The notes: generated by a model from the letters alone, not told the origin. 64,000 nt of DNA from an uncultured Gemmatimonadales bacterium (GCA_963708135.1 OY970192.1:224001-288000); one strand, 5' to 3'; shown: positions 1 through 10,029, counted from the stretch's first letter. Translations and numbers: made by a program.

Positions 1-1
1 C

Positions 2-430
2 ACCATGAGCAGCATCATCGCCGGCGACATCGCCCCGCAGCGCTTCCTGTTCGTGCTCTTCTCCGCCTTTGCCGCGCTGGCGCTGGCGATCGCGGTGGTG
101 GGCCTCGCGGGCGTCGTCTCCTATCTGACGGAGCGGCGCACGGCGGAGATCGGCGTCCGCATGGCGCTGGGCGCGCGCCGCGCAGAGGTGGTGCGGATGG
201 TGGTGGCGGATGCGGTGCGCCTCGTTGCCCTCGGCATCGCCGCCGGGCTGCCGCTGTCGCTCGCCGCGAGCCAGCTGCTGGCGCGGTTCCTCTACGAGGT
301 GAGCCCGCGCGACGCGGATGCCTTCCTCGCCGCCCCGGCCGTGCTCGGCGTGGCCGCGCTCGTCGCTGCATACCTGCCGGCACGAGACGCCGCGAAGGTG
401 GACCCGATGGTGGCGCTGAGGTCGGAGTGA
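2..430 (+). CDS. ADOP/MacB-FtsX family ABC permease, C-terminal part (5' truncated by window edge)
   Basis: RRTAEIGVRMALGA motif, TM helices and C-terminal DPMVALRSE typical of the family. Confidence 0.9.
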   Translation, partial: TMSSIIAGDIAPQRFLFVLFSAFAALALAIAVVGLAGVVSYLTERRTAEIGVRMALGARRAEVVRMVVADAVRLVALGIAAGLPLSLAASQLLARFLYEVSPRDADAFLAAPAVLGVAALVAAYLPARDAAKVDPMVALRSE

Positions 431-479
431 GATCAGGCGTCCGGCCAGGGCGGGTCGTTGCCGCCGGGATAGCGCGGCC

Positions 480-3158
480 ATGAGCCTCCTTCACGGCCTC
501 CGCGCCCGTCTTCGCTCCGCCTTCTTCCGCCGCGCGGCCGAGGGCGACCTCGCCGAGGAGATCAGCTTCCACCTCGAGTTGGAGACGGAGCGGCTCGTGC
601 GCGAGGGGGTGGCGCCGGGCGAGGCGCGGCGGCGGGCGTACGTCGCCTTCGGGGGAGTCGAGCGCTACGTCGAGGAGGCGCGGGACGGGCGGCGGCTGGG
701 CTGGGTCGAGGATGTCTGGCGGGACCTCAGGCTGGCCGGCCGCGGCCTCGCGCGGCGCCCGGGGCTCGCGGCGGCGGCGGTGGTTTCGCTCGGCGTCGGG
801 ATCGGCCTCACCGCATCGATGTTCGCGGTCGTGGACTCGGTGTTCTATCGGCCGCTGCCGGTGCCGGAGGCGGGACGGCTGGTTGCGGTCTACGTCGCGC
901 ACGGTGAGAGCCGCTACGGCGCCGCGTCCTATCCGGAGTACCTCGAGCTGCGCGAGCACACGCGCACGCTCGAGGGGCTCACCGCGTTCTCCTTTATGGG
1001 GATGAGCGCGACGCTGCGCGTGGGTGGCGCGGCGCGCCAGCGCAGGCTCGGCGTCGTCGCCGGCAACTTCTTCGACGTGCTGCGGCTGCGACCCGTCGCC
1101 GGGCGCTTCTTCTTGCCGGACGAGGACCGGATGCCGGACGCGGACCCGGTGGCGGTGGTGAGCTACGACTTCTGGCGGCGCGAGCTGGGCGGGGACGCTG
1201 GGGCGATCGGGAGCCGGATCAAGATCGACCGGCGCCCGTTCACGGTGATCGGGGTGGCGCCGCGGGGATTCGCCGGGCCGATGCCGGGGTGGGGCGTCGC
1301 CTTCAATGTCTACATCCCGATGGGGATGCGGGGCTCGCTCTCCGGCACGGGCGCCGGGGCCGACCTCGGGCGCACGGCGCGCTGGGGCACGCTGATCGGG
1401 CGGATGCGGACGGGCGTCACACTCCGGCAGGTCCGGGCCGAGTTGGCGGGGATGGCGGCCAGGCTCGCGCGCGCCTACCCGGAGACGGATGGCGAGCGCA
1501 CCGTCGAGGTGGGCCCGCTGCGCGGGATGCGGCCCGACCTGGCGCGGGGCAACTGGCCGATGCTCCTCGCCCTCATGGGCGTGGTGCTCGTGGTGCTCCT
1601 GATCTCGTGCGCCAACGTGGCGGGGCTGCTGCTCGTGCGCGCGGCGGGCCGTCGCCGCGAGGTCGGGATCCGGCTCTCGCTCGGCGCCGGCCGGGCGGTC
1701 CTCATCCGCGCGCTGCTGGCCGAGAGCATGCTCCTCGCGCTGCTCGGCGGCGTGCTCGGCGTCCTGCTCGCGGAGTGGGGCACGCGGGCGCTGCGCGTCC
1801 TCTTCATGACCCCGGTGATGGTCCGGCTGCAGGCGCACTTCGACGTCTCGCCGGACGTACGCGTGCTCGCCTTCACCGCCGCCATCGCGCTCGCGTCCGG
1901 ACTTCTGTCGGGGCTGCTTCCAGCGCTGGCCTCGGCGCGGCTGGAGCCGCTGCGCGCGCTCCGGGGAGAGAGCCGCCCCGGTGGGCGACGGCCCACCACG
2001 GGCGCCGTCGTCGTCGTGGTCCAGGTGGCCCTCGCCGTGCTGCTGCTCACGGTGGCCGGCGTGTTCCTCCGGGGGATGCAGGCCGCGCTGGCCGTGAACC
2101 CGGGCTTCCACGCCGCCGGCGTCTGGACCGCCTGGGTCTCGCCGCACGGCCCCCGGTACGATTCCATTCGGACGGCGACGTTCCAGGCCGAGCTCCTCCG
2201 GCGGCTGCGCGCCTCGCCGGGGATCGAGGCCGCCGGGCTCGGCTCGAGCGAGGTGCTCGGCTTCGGTGGCCCGCCCGTGCCGGTCGGCCTTCCGGGAGAG
2301 GCGCCGGGGCGGCCGGAGCCCACCGCGTACGAGAACTACGTGACGCCGGAGCTCACGGGCATGCTCGGCGTACCGCTCCTGCGTGGCCGCGCGCTGGATT
2401 CCGGCGACCGCGCCGGCGCGCCCGCAGTGGCGGTCGTGAGCGCGGCTCTCGCGCGCCGGCTCTGGCCGCGCGGCGATGCGCTCGGCAAGCATTTCGTGGC
2501 CGGCGGCCGCGCGGCCGAGGTGGTCGGGATCGTGGCGGACGCGAAGTACGTGGCGGATCGTGATGCCGGGGTGTCCTACATCTTCCTCCCCTTCGCGCAG
2601 CAGCCCGCCGCATCTCGTGGCACGGTGGTCTACCTGCGTCCGGTGGGCGGAGACGGAAGGCTCGCCGCGGCGGCGCTGGCGGGAGCGGTGCGCGCGCTCG
2701 ATCCCGACGTCCCCTTCGACGATCCGACGCCGCTCACGGAGGCGCTGCACGTCTCGCTGACGGCGACGCGGATCATGGGCGTGCTGGCGAGTGCTTCCGC
2801 CGCTCTCGCGCTGGTGCTCGCCGCCATCGGGCTCTTCGCGCTGCTGGCGTTCGCGGTCGCGCGCCGCACCCGGGAGATCGGCGTGCGTATGGCACTGGGC
2901 GCGCGCGGCGGCGACGTGCGCCGGGTCGTCGCCCGGCAGGGGCTCGTGCTGGTCGGGATCGGCATGCTGATCGGCGTCCCCGCCGGGCTCGCCGCGTGGC
3001 GCATCCTGCGGGGGCTCGTGGAGGGCGTCGGGCGGGTGGACGCCGCGAGCCTCGGCGCGGTGGTGGTGATTCTCGCCGCAGTGGCGCTCGCCGCGACGTG
3101 GATCCCGGCCCGCAGGGCCGCGCGCGCGGACCCGATGGTGGCCCTGCGGGCGGAATAG
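480..3158 (+). CDS. ADOP family duplicated ABC permease with N-terminal permease-prefix domain
   Basis: EEISFHLELETE prefix; LLISCANVAGLLL; two FtsX-type repeats; ends DPMVALRAE. Confidence 0.93.
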   Translation: MSLLHGLRARLRSAFFRRAAEGDLAEEISFHLELETERLVREGVAPGEARRRAYVAFGGVERYVEEARDGRRLGWVEDVWRDLRLAGRGLARRPGLAAAAVVSLGVGIGLTASMFAVVDSVFYRPLPVPEAGRLVAVYVAHGESRYGAASYPEYLELREHTRTLEGLTAFSFMGMSATLRVGGAARQRRLGVVAGNFFDVLRLRPVAGRFFLPDEDRMPDADPVAVVSYDFWRRELGGDAGAIGSRIKIDRRPFTVIGVAPRGFAGPMPGWGVAFNVYIPMGMRGSLSGTGAGADLGRTARWGTLIGRMRTGVTLRQVRAELAGMAARLARAYPETDGERTVEVGPLRGMRPDLARGNWPMLLALMGVVLVVLLISCANVAGLLLVRAAGRRREVGIRLSLGAGRAVLIRALLAESMLLALLGGVLGVLLAEWGTRALRVLFMTPVMVRLQAHFDVSPDVRVLAFTAAIALASGLLSGLLPALASARLEPLRALRGESRPGGRRPTTGAVVVVVQVALAVLLLTVAGVFLRGMQAALAVNPGFHAAGVWTAWVSPHGPRYDSIRTATFQAELLRRLRASPGIEAAGLGSSEVLGFGGPPVPVGLPGEAPGRPEPTAYENYVTPELTGMLGVPLLRGRALDSGDRAGAPAVAVVSAALARRLWPRGDALGKHFVAGGRAAEVVGIVADAKYVADRDAGVSYIFLPFAQQPAASRGTVVYLRPVGGDGRLAAAALAGAVRALDPDVPFDDPTPLTEALHVSLTATRIMGVLASASAALALVLAAIGLFALLAFAVARRTREIGVRMALGARGGDVRRVVARQGLVLVGIGMLIGVPAGLAAWRILRGLVEGVGRVDAASLGAVVVILAAVALAATWIPARRAARADPMVALRAE

Positions 3159-3160
3159 GG

Positions 3161-5575
3161 CTACTCCACCCCCAGCGTCCGCACCGCATCCACCCGCGCC
3201 GCCGCGCGGGCGGGGATCCACACGGCGGCCAGCGCCACGGCGCCGAGCAGCGCGGCGGCGGCGGCGAGGGTGGCCGGGTCGTCGGGCGCGACGGCGAAGA
3301 GGAGGGAGCTCATGAGGCGGGTCAGCAGCACGGCGCCCGCGGCGCCCGCGGCGAGCCCGAGGGCGACGGGGGCCATGCCCTGCCGGATGAGGAGGCCCAC
3401 GACGTCGCCTGCGCGGGCGCCGAGGGCGAGGCGGATGCCGATCTCGTGCGTACGCTGCCTCACCTGGTAGGAGAGCACGCCGTAGATCCCGAGGGCGGCG
3501 AGCAGCAGGGCGAGCGCGGCGAAGGTGGCGAGCAGCGTCGCCAGGAAGCGCGGCGTCGTGATCGACTCGGAGAGAGCGCCCTCGAGCGATGTGATCCGGG
3601 CGATCGGCTGGTCCGGATCCATGTCCGCCACGATGCGGCGCACGGCCGGGGCGAGCGCGAGCGCCTTCCCCGTCGTGTGCAGCACGTACGTCAGCGCGCG
3701 GCGGGGGGTCTGCTGCTCGGCGACGTAGACGATCGGCGGCGGCGGCGCGCGCAGCTCGCGCTGGCGCACATCGCCGACCACGCCGACGACGGGCAGCGGC
3801 CCACCGCCGCCGAAGTCGATCGTGTGGCCGACCGGGTCCGCGGCCCCGAACGCCGCGCGCGCCAGCGTGCGATTGATCACGAGCACGAGCGGGGCGTCCG
3901 CCCGGTCCTGCTCCTCGATGGCCCGCCCACGCACGAGCGGGATGCCCATGGTGCGGAAGAAGCCGGGCGTCACCTGGATGAGGTCGGCGCTCGGGTTCCG
4001 ATCCGGGTCCACGCCGCTGCCGGGCACGGTCCAGCCGTGGTCCTCCACGCCGCCGTCGAGCGGCAGGAAGCGGGTCGCGGCCACCGCGCGCACCCCCGGC
4101 AGCGCGCCGAGCCGGCGCATGAGCTCGTGGTGGAAGGCCATGTAGCCGGGGCGCGTCGGGTACTTCACATCGCTGATCGTGAGCGTCACCACCAGCCGGT
4201 CGGCCGTGGCGAAGCCGGGATCCACGCTCCGCAGCGACCACAGGCTCCGCAGCAGCAGCCCCGCGCCGGCGAGGAGCACGAGCGAGAGCGCCACCTCGGC
4301 GACGACGAGAGCCCGCCTCGCCCGCCCGTGCGCCGCCGTCGCGCCGCGTCCGCCCTCGCGGAGCACCGACGCCAGGCGGGGGCGCGATGCGCCCCACGCT
4401 GGCAGCAGCCCGAACAGGAGCCCCGTCAGGAGCGAGGCGACGAGGGCGAAGAGCAGCACCTGCGCGTCGGGCCGCACCTCCGCGGCCCGGGGCAGCAGCC
4501 CGTCGGCGCGCGCGAGTAGCGCGGCCACGCCCCAGAACGCCAGGACGAGGCCGAGCGCCCCGCCGACGAGGCCGAGGAGCAGGTTCTCCACCAGCAGCTG
4601 GCGGAGCAGCCGCGCCCGGCCGGCGCCCAGGGCGGCGCGCACCGCCACCTCCCGCCGCCGCGCCGTGCCGCGGGCCAGGACCAGGTTCGCCACGTTGGCG
4701 CACGCGATGAGCAGGATCAGCATCGTCGCCCCGAGCAGGACGAGGAGGGCGAGCCGGACGTCCCCGACCATGGCCTCGCGGAGCGGCTGCACGGTGGCCG
4801 CCGTGAGGTCGGCGTTGGTCTGCGGGTGCTCGGCCGCGAGTGCGCGCGCCACGCCGGACAGCTCCGCGCGCGCCTGCGCGACGCTCACCCCCGGCCGGAG
4901 CCGGCCGACCGCGCTCAGCAGCCGCACGACCCGTAGCTGGAGCGGGATCGAGCTCTGCGGGACGGTCGAGAGGAAGACCCATGCCTCGATGTCGTGGCTC
5001 GGGAAGCCGAACGCCGGCGGCATGATCCCCACCACGGTGTACGGCACGCCCGCGAGCAGGATGCGCGAGCCGACGAGCCCCGGGTCCGCGCCGAAGCGCG
5101 TGCGCCACGCCGCGTCGCTCAGCACGATCACGTGGTTGGCCCCCTTCTCCTCGACCGGCAGCAGCGTGCGCCCGAGCTCGGCCGGCACGCCCAGCGTCTC
5201 GAAGAAGCCCGCCGACACGTGCGCCGTCGGCAGCGCCTCCGCCTGTCCGCGCCCGGTCAGAACCACGTCGCTCGGGATCGTGCTGTACAGTCCAAGCGAC
5301 ACGAGCGACCGCGAGTGCGCCGCCCAGTCCTCGAAGTCCGGCACCGAGAACCCCATCCGCGCCTGCCCGTCGCGCGGCGCCGCCGGCCACACCCGCACCA
5401 GCCGGTCGGGCGAGGGAAAGGGGAGCGGCCGGAGCAGCACGCCGCGCACGACGGTGAAGATCGCCGTCGTCCCGCCAATGCCGAGCGCCAGCGTGAGCGC
5501 CGCGATCGCCGTGAAGCCGCGCGCGCGCCGGAGCTGGCGCGCGCCGTGACGCAGGTCCTGGAGGAGGGCGTCCAT
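3161..5575 (-). CDS. ADOP family duplicated ABC permease
   Basis: Starts MDALLQDLRHGARQLRRARGF; LLIACANVANL; RTHEIGIRLALGA; start trimmed from longer ORF. Confidence 0.92.
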   Translation of the reverse strand: MDALLQDLRHGARQLRRARGFTAIAALTLALGIGGTTAIFTVVRGVLLRPLPFPSPDRLVRVWPAAPRDGQARMGFSVPDFEDWAAHSRSLVSLGLYSTIPSDVVLTGRGQAEALPTAHVSAGFFETLGVPAELGRTLLPVEEKGANHVIVLSDAAWRTRFGADPGLVGSRILLAGVPYTVVGIMPPAFGFPSHDIEAWVFLSTVPQSSIPLQLRVVRLLSAVGRLRPGVSVAQARAELSGVARALAAEHPQTNADLTAATVQPLREAMVGDVRLALLVLLGATMLILLIACANVANLVLARGTARRREVAVRAALGAGRARLLRQLLVENLLLGLVGGALGLVLAFWGVAALLARADGLLPRAAEVRPDAQVLLFALVASLLTGLLFGLLPAWGASRPRLASVLREGGRGATAAHGRARRALVVAEVALSLVLLAGAGLLLRSLWSLRSVDPGFATADRLVVTLTISDVKYPTRPGYMAFHHELMRRLGALPGVRAVAATRFLPLDGGVEDHGWTVPGSGVDPDRNPSADLIQVTPGFFRTMGIPLVRGRAIEEQDRADAPLVLVINRTLARAAFGAADPVGHTIDFGGGGPLPVVGVVGDVRQRELRAPPPPIVYVAEQQTPRRALTYVLHTTGKALALAPAVRRIVADMDPDQPIARITSLEGALSESITTPRFLATLLATFAALALLLAALGIYGVLSYQVRQRTHEIGIRLALGARAGDVVGLLIRQGMAPVALGLAAGAAGAVLLTRLMSSLLFAVAPDDPATLAAAAALLGAVALAAVWIPARAAARVDAVRTLGVE

Positions 5576-5617
5576 GGGCGGCTCCCAGGGCTGGGGTGAG
5601 GGTATCGGGGCTCGGGG

Positions 5618-5632
5618 GCAAGCGGTGGTCCA
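5618..5632 (-). promoter_or_regulatory. Candidate sigma54 (-24/-12) promoter of ADOP gene
   Basis: Minus strand TGGACCACCGCTTGC = TGG-N8-TTGC, ~40 nt upstream of ATG. Confidence 0.55.
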
Positions 5633-5816
5633 GGCGGGCGTGTTGGATCCAAGTTGCGACGGAGCAACGATTTGCGAATGGGGGCGGTGGCGCCGCCGCG
5701 CGCGCGGGGGTGTCCGCTGGCGGGACGGGTGGTCCCGCGGGGGGGCGGGGGGGGGTGGGGGAGGGCGGGGGAGCGGGCGCGGTTTGGCCCCGGGCGGCCC
5801 CGGGCGGCGCCGGGCG

Positions 5817-6790
5817 GCGAGGGGCGGCTCGTGCATGCCATGCCGGCGCAAGTCGCCGCTCGTTCTCCCCCGTCTTCAACCGAGGGGCGGGTTGGGACGG
5901 CTCCGCGTGCATGATCCGGTTCTCGATTCCGGATCACCGGCGAGTGGCGGGTTGTGCACCCCGGCGGAGTGGCGCCAGCGGCGGGCGGCGGCGGGCGGCC
6001 GGCGGCGGGAGAGCGCCGGGCTGCGGCGGGCCGCGGCCAGCGCCGGCGGGCTGCACAACCTGCCGTTCGTGAGCCTCTATCGGGCGAGGGGCGGCTCGTA
6101 CATGCCATGCGGGCGCAAGTCGCCGCTCGTTCTCTCCGGTCTCAACGAGTGGCGGGTTGGTACGGCTCCGCGTGCATGATCCGGTTCTCGATTCCGGATC
6201 ACCGGCGAGTGGCGGGTTGTGCACCCCGGGGGAGTGGCGCCAGCGCCGGGCGGCGGCGGGCGGCCGGCGGCGGGAGAGCGCCGGGCTGCGGCGGGCGGCG
6301 GGTAGCGCCGGCGGGCTGCACAACACGCCGGTCGTGAGCCTGTATCGAGCGAGTGGCGGCTCGTGCATGCCATGCGGGCGCAAGTCGCCGCTCGTTCTCT
6401 CCGGTCTCAACGAGTGGCGGGTTGGTACGGCGCCACGTGCATGATCCGGTTCTCGATTCCGGATCACCGGCGAGTGGCGGGTTGTGCGCCCCGGCGGAGT
6501 GGCGCCAGCGGCGGGCGGCGCCGGGCCCCGGCGAGCGCCGGGCCCTGCGCGCACGGACGGGCGGAGTGGCGCCAGCGCCGGGCTGCGGCGGGCGGCGGCC
6601 AGCGCCGGCGGGCTGCACAACCTGCCGTTCGTGAGCCTCTATCGAGCGAGTGGCGGCTCGTACATGCCATGCCGGCACAAGTCGCCGCTCGTTCTCTCCG
6701 GTCTCAACGAGTGGCGGGTTGGTACGGCGCCACGTGCATGATCCGGTTCTCGATTCCGGATCACCGGCGAGTGGCGGGTTGTGCACCCCG
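5817..6790. repeat. Array of ~265-297 bp units, each made of three inverted-repeat hairpins (REP/BIME-like)
   Basis: Unit starts at about 5817, 6084, 6349, 6646; recurring CGAGTGGCGG(G/C)T motif and its near complement. Confidence 0.9.
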
Positions 6791-6819
6791 CCGGCGGAGC
6801 GGCGTCAGCGCCAGGCGCC

Positions 6820-7350
6820 GGGCGGCGCCGGGCCCCGGCGAGCGCCGGGCCCTGCGCGCACGGACCGGCGGAGTGGCGCCAGCGGCGGGCGGCGGCGGGC
6901 GGCGCCGGGCCCCGGCGAGCGCCGGGCCCTGCGCGCACGGACCGGCGGAGTGGCGCCAGCGCCGGGCGGCGGCGGGCGGCGCCGGGCCCCGGCGAGCGCC
7001 GGGCCCTGCGCGCACGGACCGGCGGAGTGGCGCCAGCGCCGGGCGGCGGCGGGCGGCGCCGGGCCCCGGCGAGCGCCGGGCCCTGCGCGCACGGACCGGC
7101 GGAGTGGCGCCAGCGCCGGGCGGCGGCGGGCGGCGCCCGGCCCCGGCGAGCGCCGGGTCCTGCGCCTACGGACCGTCGGGGAGGCGCCGGCCGACCGGCG
7201 GAGGTGCCGGCCGACCGGGAGGGGCGCCCGGCGCCGGCGAGCGCCGGGTCCTGCGCGCACGGACCGTCGGGGAGGCGCCAGCCGGCCGGGAGAGGTGCCG
7301 GCCGTCGGGGAGGCGCCGGCCGACCGGGCGGCGGTGCCGGCCGACCGGGA
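6820..7350. repeat. 77-bp GC-rich tandem repeat (~5 copies) decaying into degenerate copies
   Basis: GCGCGCACGGACC-like anchor at 6854, 6931, 7008, 7085, 7162 (period 77). Confidence 0.9.
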
Positions 7351-7559
7351 GCGGTCCCCGGCCGGCGGATCCGCGCGAGTCGGCCGTCCGATGCCGGGAT
7401 GCCAGCATCCCGCACGCGAACGGTCGGCGGGCGAGAAGCACGGAGGCGGAAGCGTCGCATTCCCCCGCATGGCGCGGAATCCGCCGCCCCGCTGGCGCCG
7501 GCACGGGGGTTCCATGCCGACGGGCACACCGAATCCAGGACTCTCCCGGGAGGGCGCGC

Positions 7560-10016
7560 ATGGACAACCTCCGGCAGGACCTCGGCCACGCGCTGCGCTC
7601 GCTGTCGCGCAGCCCCGGCTTCGCGCTGGTCGCCATCGTGCTCCTTGCCCTCGGGATCGGCGCGACGACGGCGATGTTCTCCGTGGTGGACTCGGTGCTG
7701 CTGCGGCCGCTCTCCTACCCGGACCCGGGGCGGCTGGTGTGGATCGACCAGCCGGTGCCGAAGTACGACGCCGATCATCCGTGGGGCGTCTCGGAGGCCG
7801 GCTACCGGGACTACGCCGGCAACGTCCCGGCGCTCGCACGGATCGGCGCCTTCTTCAACACGGACGTGGACGTGGCGCGCGCCGGGGGCGCCCGCCAGGT
7901 GCCGGCGGTCTACGCGACGGCGAGCCTCCTGGGCGTGCTCGGCGCCCGGCCGGCCCTCGGCCGCCTCTTCGGCAAGGCCGAGGATGCGCCCGGCGGCGAG
8001 CGAGTCACCCTGCTCGGCTACGGCTACTGGCAGCGCGCGTTCGGCGGTGATCCCGGCGTGATCGGGCAAACGCTGCGCATCGGGGGGAGCCCGGCCACGA
8101 TCATCGGGGTGCTCGCGCGCGGCTTCAGGCTCCCGCGCATCGCGGCGGACCTGGTGCTGCCGGCGCAGCTGGACCCCGCGGCCACGCCGGTCAACTCACA
8201 CTATCTGGGCGTCGTGGGCCGCCTCGCGCCGGGGGCCACACTCGCCACGGCCAACGCCCAGCTCGCGCGCCGGGTTACCGGGTTCACGGAGCGCTACCCC
8301 CAGGCGTACTCGCCGGGCTTCATCCGCCAGTTCGGCTTCCGCGCCGAGGCGGTCCCGCTCCGCGACGAGGTGCTCGGAAACGTATCTCGCGGACTCTGGG
8401 TCCTGTTCGGTGCGGTCGCGCTCGTGCTGCTCATCGCCTGCGCGAACGTGGCCAACCTGTTCCTGGTCCGCACGGAGGGACGACGGCGGGAGCTGGCGGT
8501 GCGCGCCGCGCTCGGCGCGGGGCGCGCCCGGCTGGCCCGGTCCTCCCTCACGGAGAGCCTCGTGCTCACGCTCTTCGCCGGCGCGCTCGGCCTCTGGCTC
8601 GCGAGCGCGGCGGCGCGCCTGCTGCGCGCGCTCGGGCCAACCGACCTGCCGCGCCTGGCGGAGGTGCGAGTGGGCTGGGCCGGAGCGCTCTTCTGCGCCG
8701 GAATCGCGGCCGCGGCGGGCGTCGCCTTCGGGCTGTTCCCCGTGCTCCGCCGCAGCGTCGATCTCGGCCTCCTGCGCGAGGCCGGCCGCGGGCTCTCCGG
8801 CGGCGCCGTACGGCGTGGCGCGCGGCGCGCCCTCGTGGCCGGCCAGGTCGCGCTCGGGGTCGTGCTGCTCGCCGCGGGCATCCTGCTGCTGCGCAGCTTC
8901 CAGCGCCTCCGCGCCGTGGACCCCGGCTTCCGCGCCGGAAGGGCCCTCACGCTCGAGGTGGCGCTCCCCTCCCAGGGCTATACCGATTACGCGAGCACCA
9001 CCGCCTTCTGGCGCCAGGCGACGTCGCGCATCCGCGACCTCCCCGGCGTGGCCGCCGTCGGCGCGGGCGGGGCCCTGCCCGTTGCCGACGGGTCGTCGTG
9101 CGCTGTCCTGAACGTGGAGGACCTGCCGGCGGAGAGGGCGGGGGAGGCCAGGTGCGTGGCCAAGGCCTCGGTGACGCCGGGCTATTTCGCCGCGCTCGGG
9201 ATCCCGCTGCGCGGCCGCGCGCCCGAGTGGCGGGACGTGGACGCGGGCACCGGCGCCGTCGTCGTCACCCGCACCCTGGCCGAGCGGCTCTGGCCGGGCG
9301 AGGAGGCGATCGGCAGGGGGCTGCGCGGGGGGAGCGGGGGCGGCAGCCGGTACTACCGCGTGGTCGGCGTGACGGGCGAGCTCAGGATGGACGGCCTCGA
9401 CCGCGCGCCCACGCCGATGGTCTTCTTCCCCGTGCGGCCGGCCTCGGACTCCCTCATGCTCTGGGGCCCGCCACGCTACCTCACGCTGGTCGTGCGCATG
9501 AAGGGCGGCTCCTCAGCCGCCCTGAGCGGCGCCATCCGCCGCGTCCTGGCCGGGATCGACCCGGATGCCGCCGTAGGCGACGTCCGCACGATGGCCGCCG
9601 TCGTCTCCCACTCGTTCGCGCGCACCACGTTCATCCTGCTGCTGCTCGGGCTGGCGGGCGCCATGGCGCTGCTGCTCGCCGCGGTCGGGATCTACGGCGT
9701 CGTCGCCTACCTCGTCGAGCGGCGGACGGCGGAGGTCGGCGTGCGCATGGCGCTCGGCGCCACCGCCGCGCGCGTCGGCGGCATGGTGGTCGGCGAGTCC
9801 CTCGCCACCGCCGCCCTTGGCGCCGCCGTCGGCCTGGCCGTCGCCGTGCCCGCGGCGCGGCTGCTCGCCTCGCTGCTCTTCGAGGTGAGCCCCGCCGACC
9901 CGCTGGCCCTGGGCGTCGCCGTGGCCGTGCTCGTGGTCGTGGCCGCCGCGGCCAGCCTGGTGCCGGCGCTGCGCGCTGCGCGGATCGACCCGGCGAGGGC
10001 GTTGCGGGCGGAGTGA
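7560..10016 (+). CDS. ADOP family duplicated ABC permease
   Basis: Starts MDNLRQDLGHALRSLSRSPGF after GGGAGG; LLIACANVANL; RRTAEVGVRMALGA. Confidence 0.93.
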   Translation: MDNLRQDLGHALRSLSRSPGFALVAIVLLALGIGATTAMFSVVDSVLLRPLSYPDPGRLVWIDQPVPKYDADHPWGVSEAGYRDYAGNVPALARIGAFFNTDVDVARAGGARQVPAVYATASLLGVLGARPALGRLFGKAEDAPGGERVTLLGYGYWQRAFGGDPGVIGQTLRIGGSPATIIGVLARGFRLPRIAADLVLPAQLDPAATPVNSHYLGVVGRLAPGATLATANAQLARRVTGFTERYPQAYSPGFIRQFGFRAEAVPLRDEVLGNVSRGLWVLFGAVALVLLIACANVANLFLVRTEGRRRELAVRAALGAGRARLARSSLTESLVLTLFAGALGLWLASAAARLLRALGPTDLPRLAEVRVGWAGALFCAGIAAAAGVAFGLFPVLRRSVDLGLLREAGRGLSGGAVRRGARRALVAGQVALGVVLLAAGILLLRSFQRLRAVDPGFRAGRALTLEVALPSQGYTDYASTTAFWRQATSRIRDLPGVAAVGAGGALPVADGSSCAVLNVEDLPAERAGEARCVAKASVTPGYFAALGIPLRGRAPEWRDVDAGTGAVVVTRTLAERLWPGEEAIGRGLRGGSGGGSRYYRVVGVTGELRMDGLDRAPTPMVFFPVRPASDSLMLWGPPRYLTLVVRMKGGSSAALSGAIRRVLAGIDPDAAVGDVRTMAAVVSHSFARTTFILLLLGLAGAMALLLAAVGIYGVVAYLVERRTAEVGVRMALGATAARVGGMVVGESLATAALGAAVGLAVAVPAARLLASLLFEVSPADPLALGVAVAVLVVVAAAASLVPALRAARIDPARALRAE

Positions 10017-10029
10017 GGCGGGCGGCGGC

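Noticed and set aside
5739..5778. Long G-run as a functional G-quadruplex
   Set aside because: Homopolymer-rich and error-prone; no supporting evidence beyond composition
15..5912. 1965-aa minus-strand ORF and many other long Arg/Ala/Pro-rich ORFs
   Set aside because: Shadow frames of real genes; stop codons are rare at this GC, and there are no family motifs
6363..7559. Repeat-encoded N-terminal extension of the ADOP permease
   Set aside because: Family-typical start and RBS at 7560; the repeat periods (265, 77) are not multiples of three
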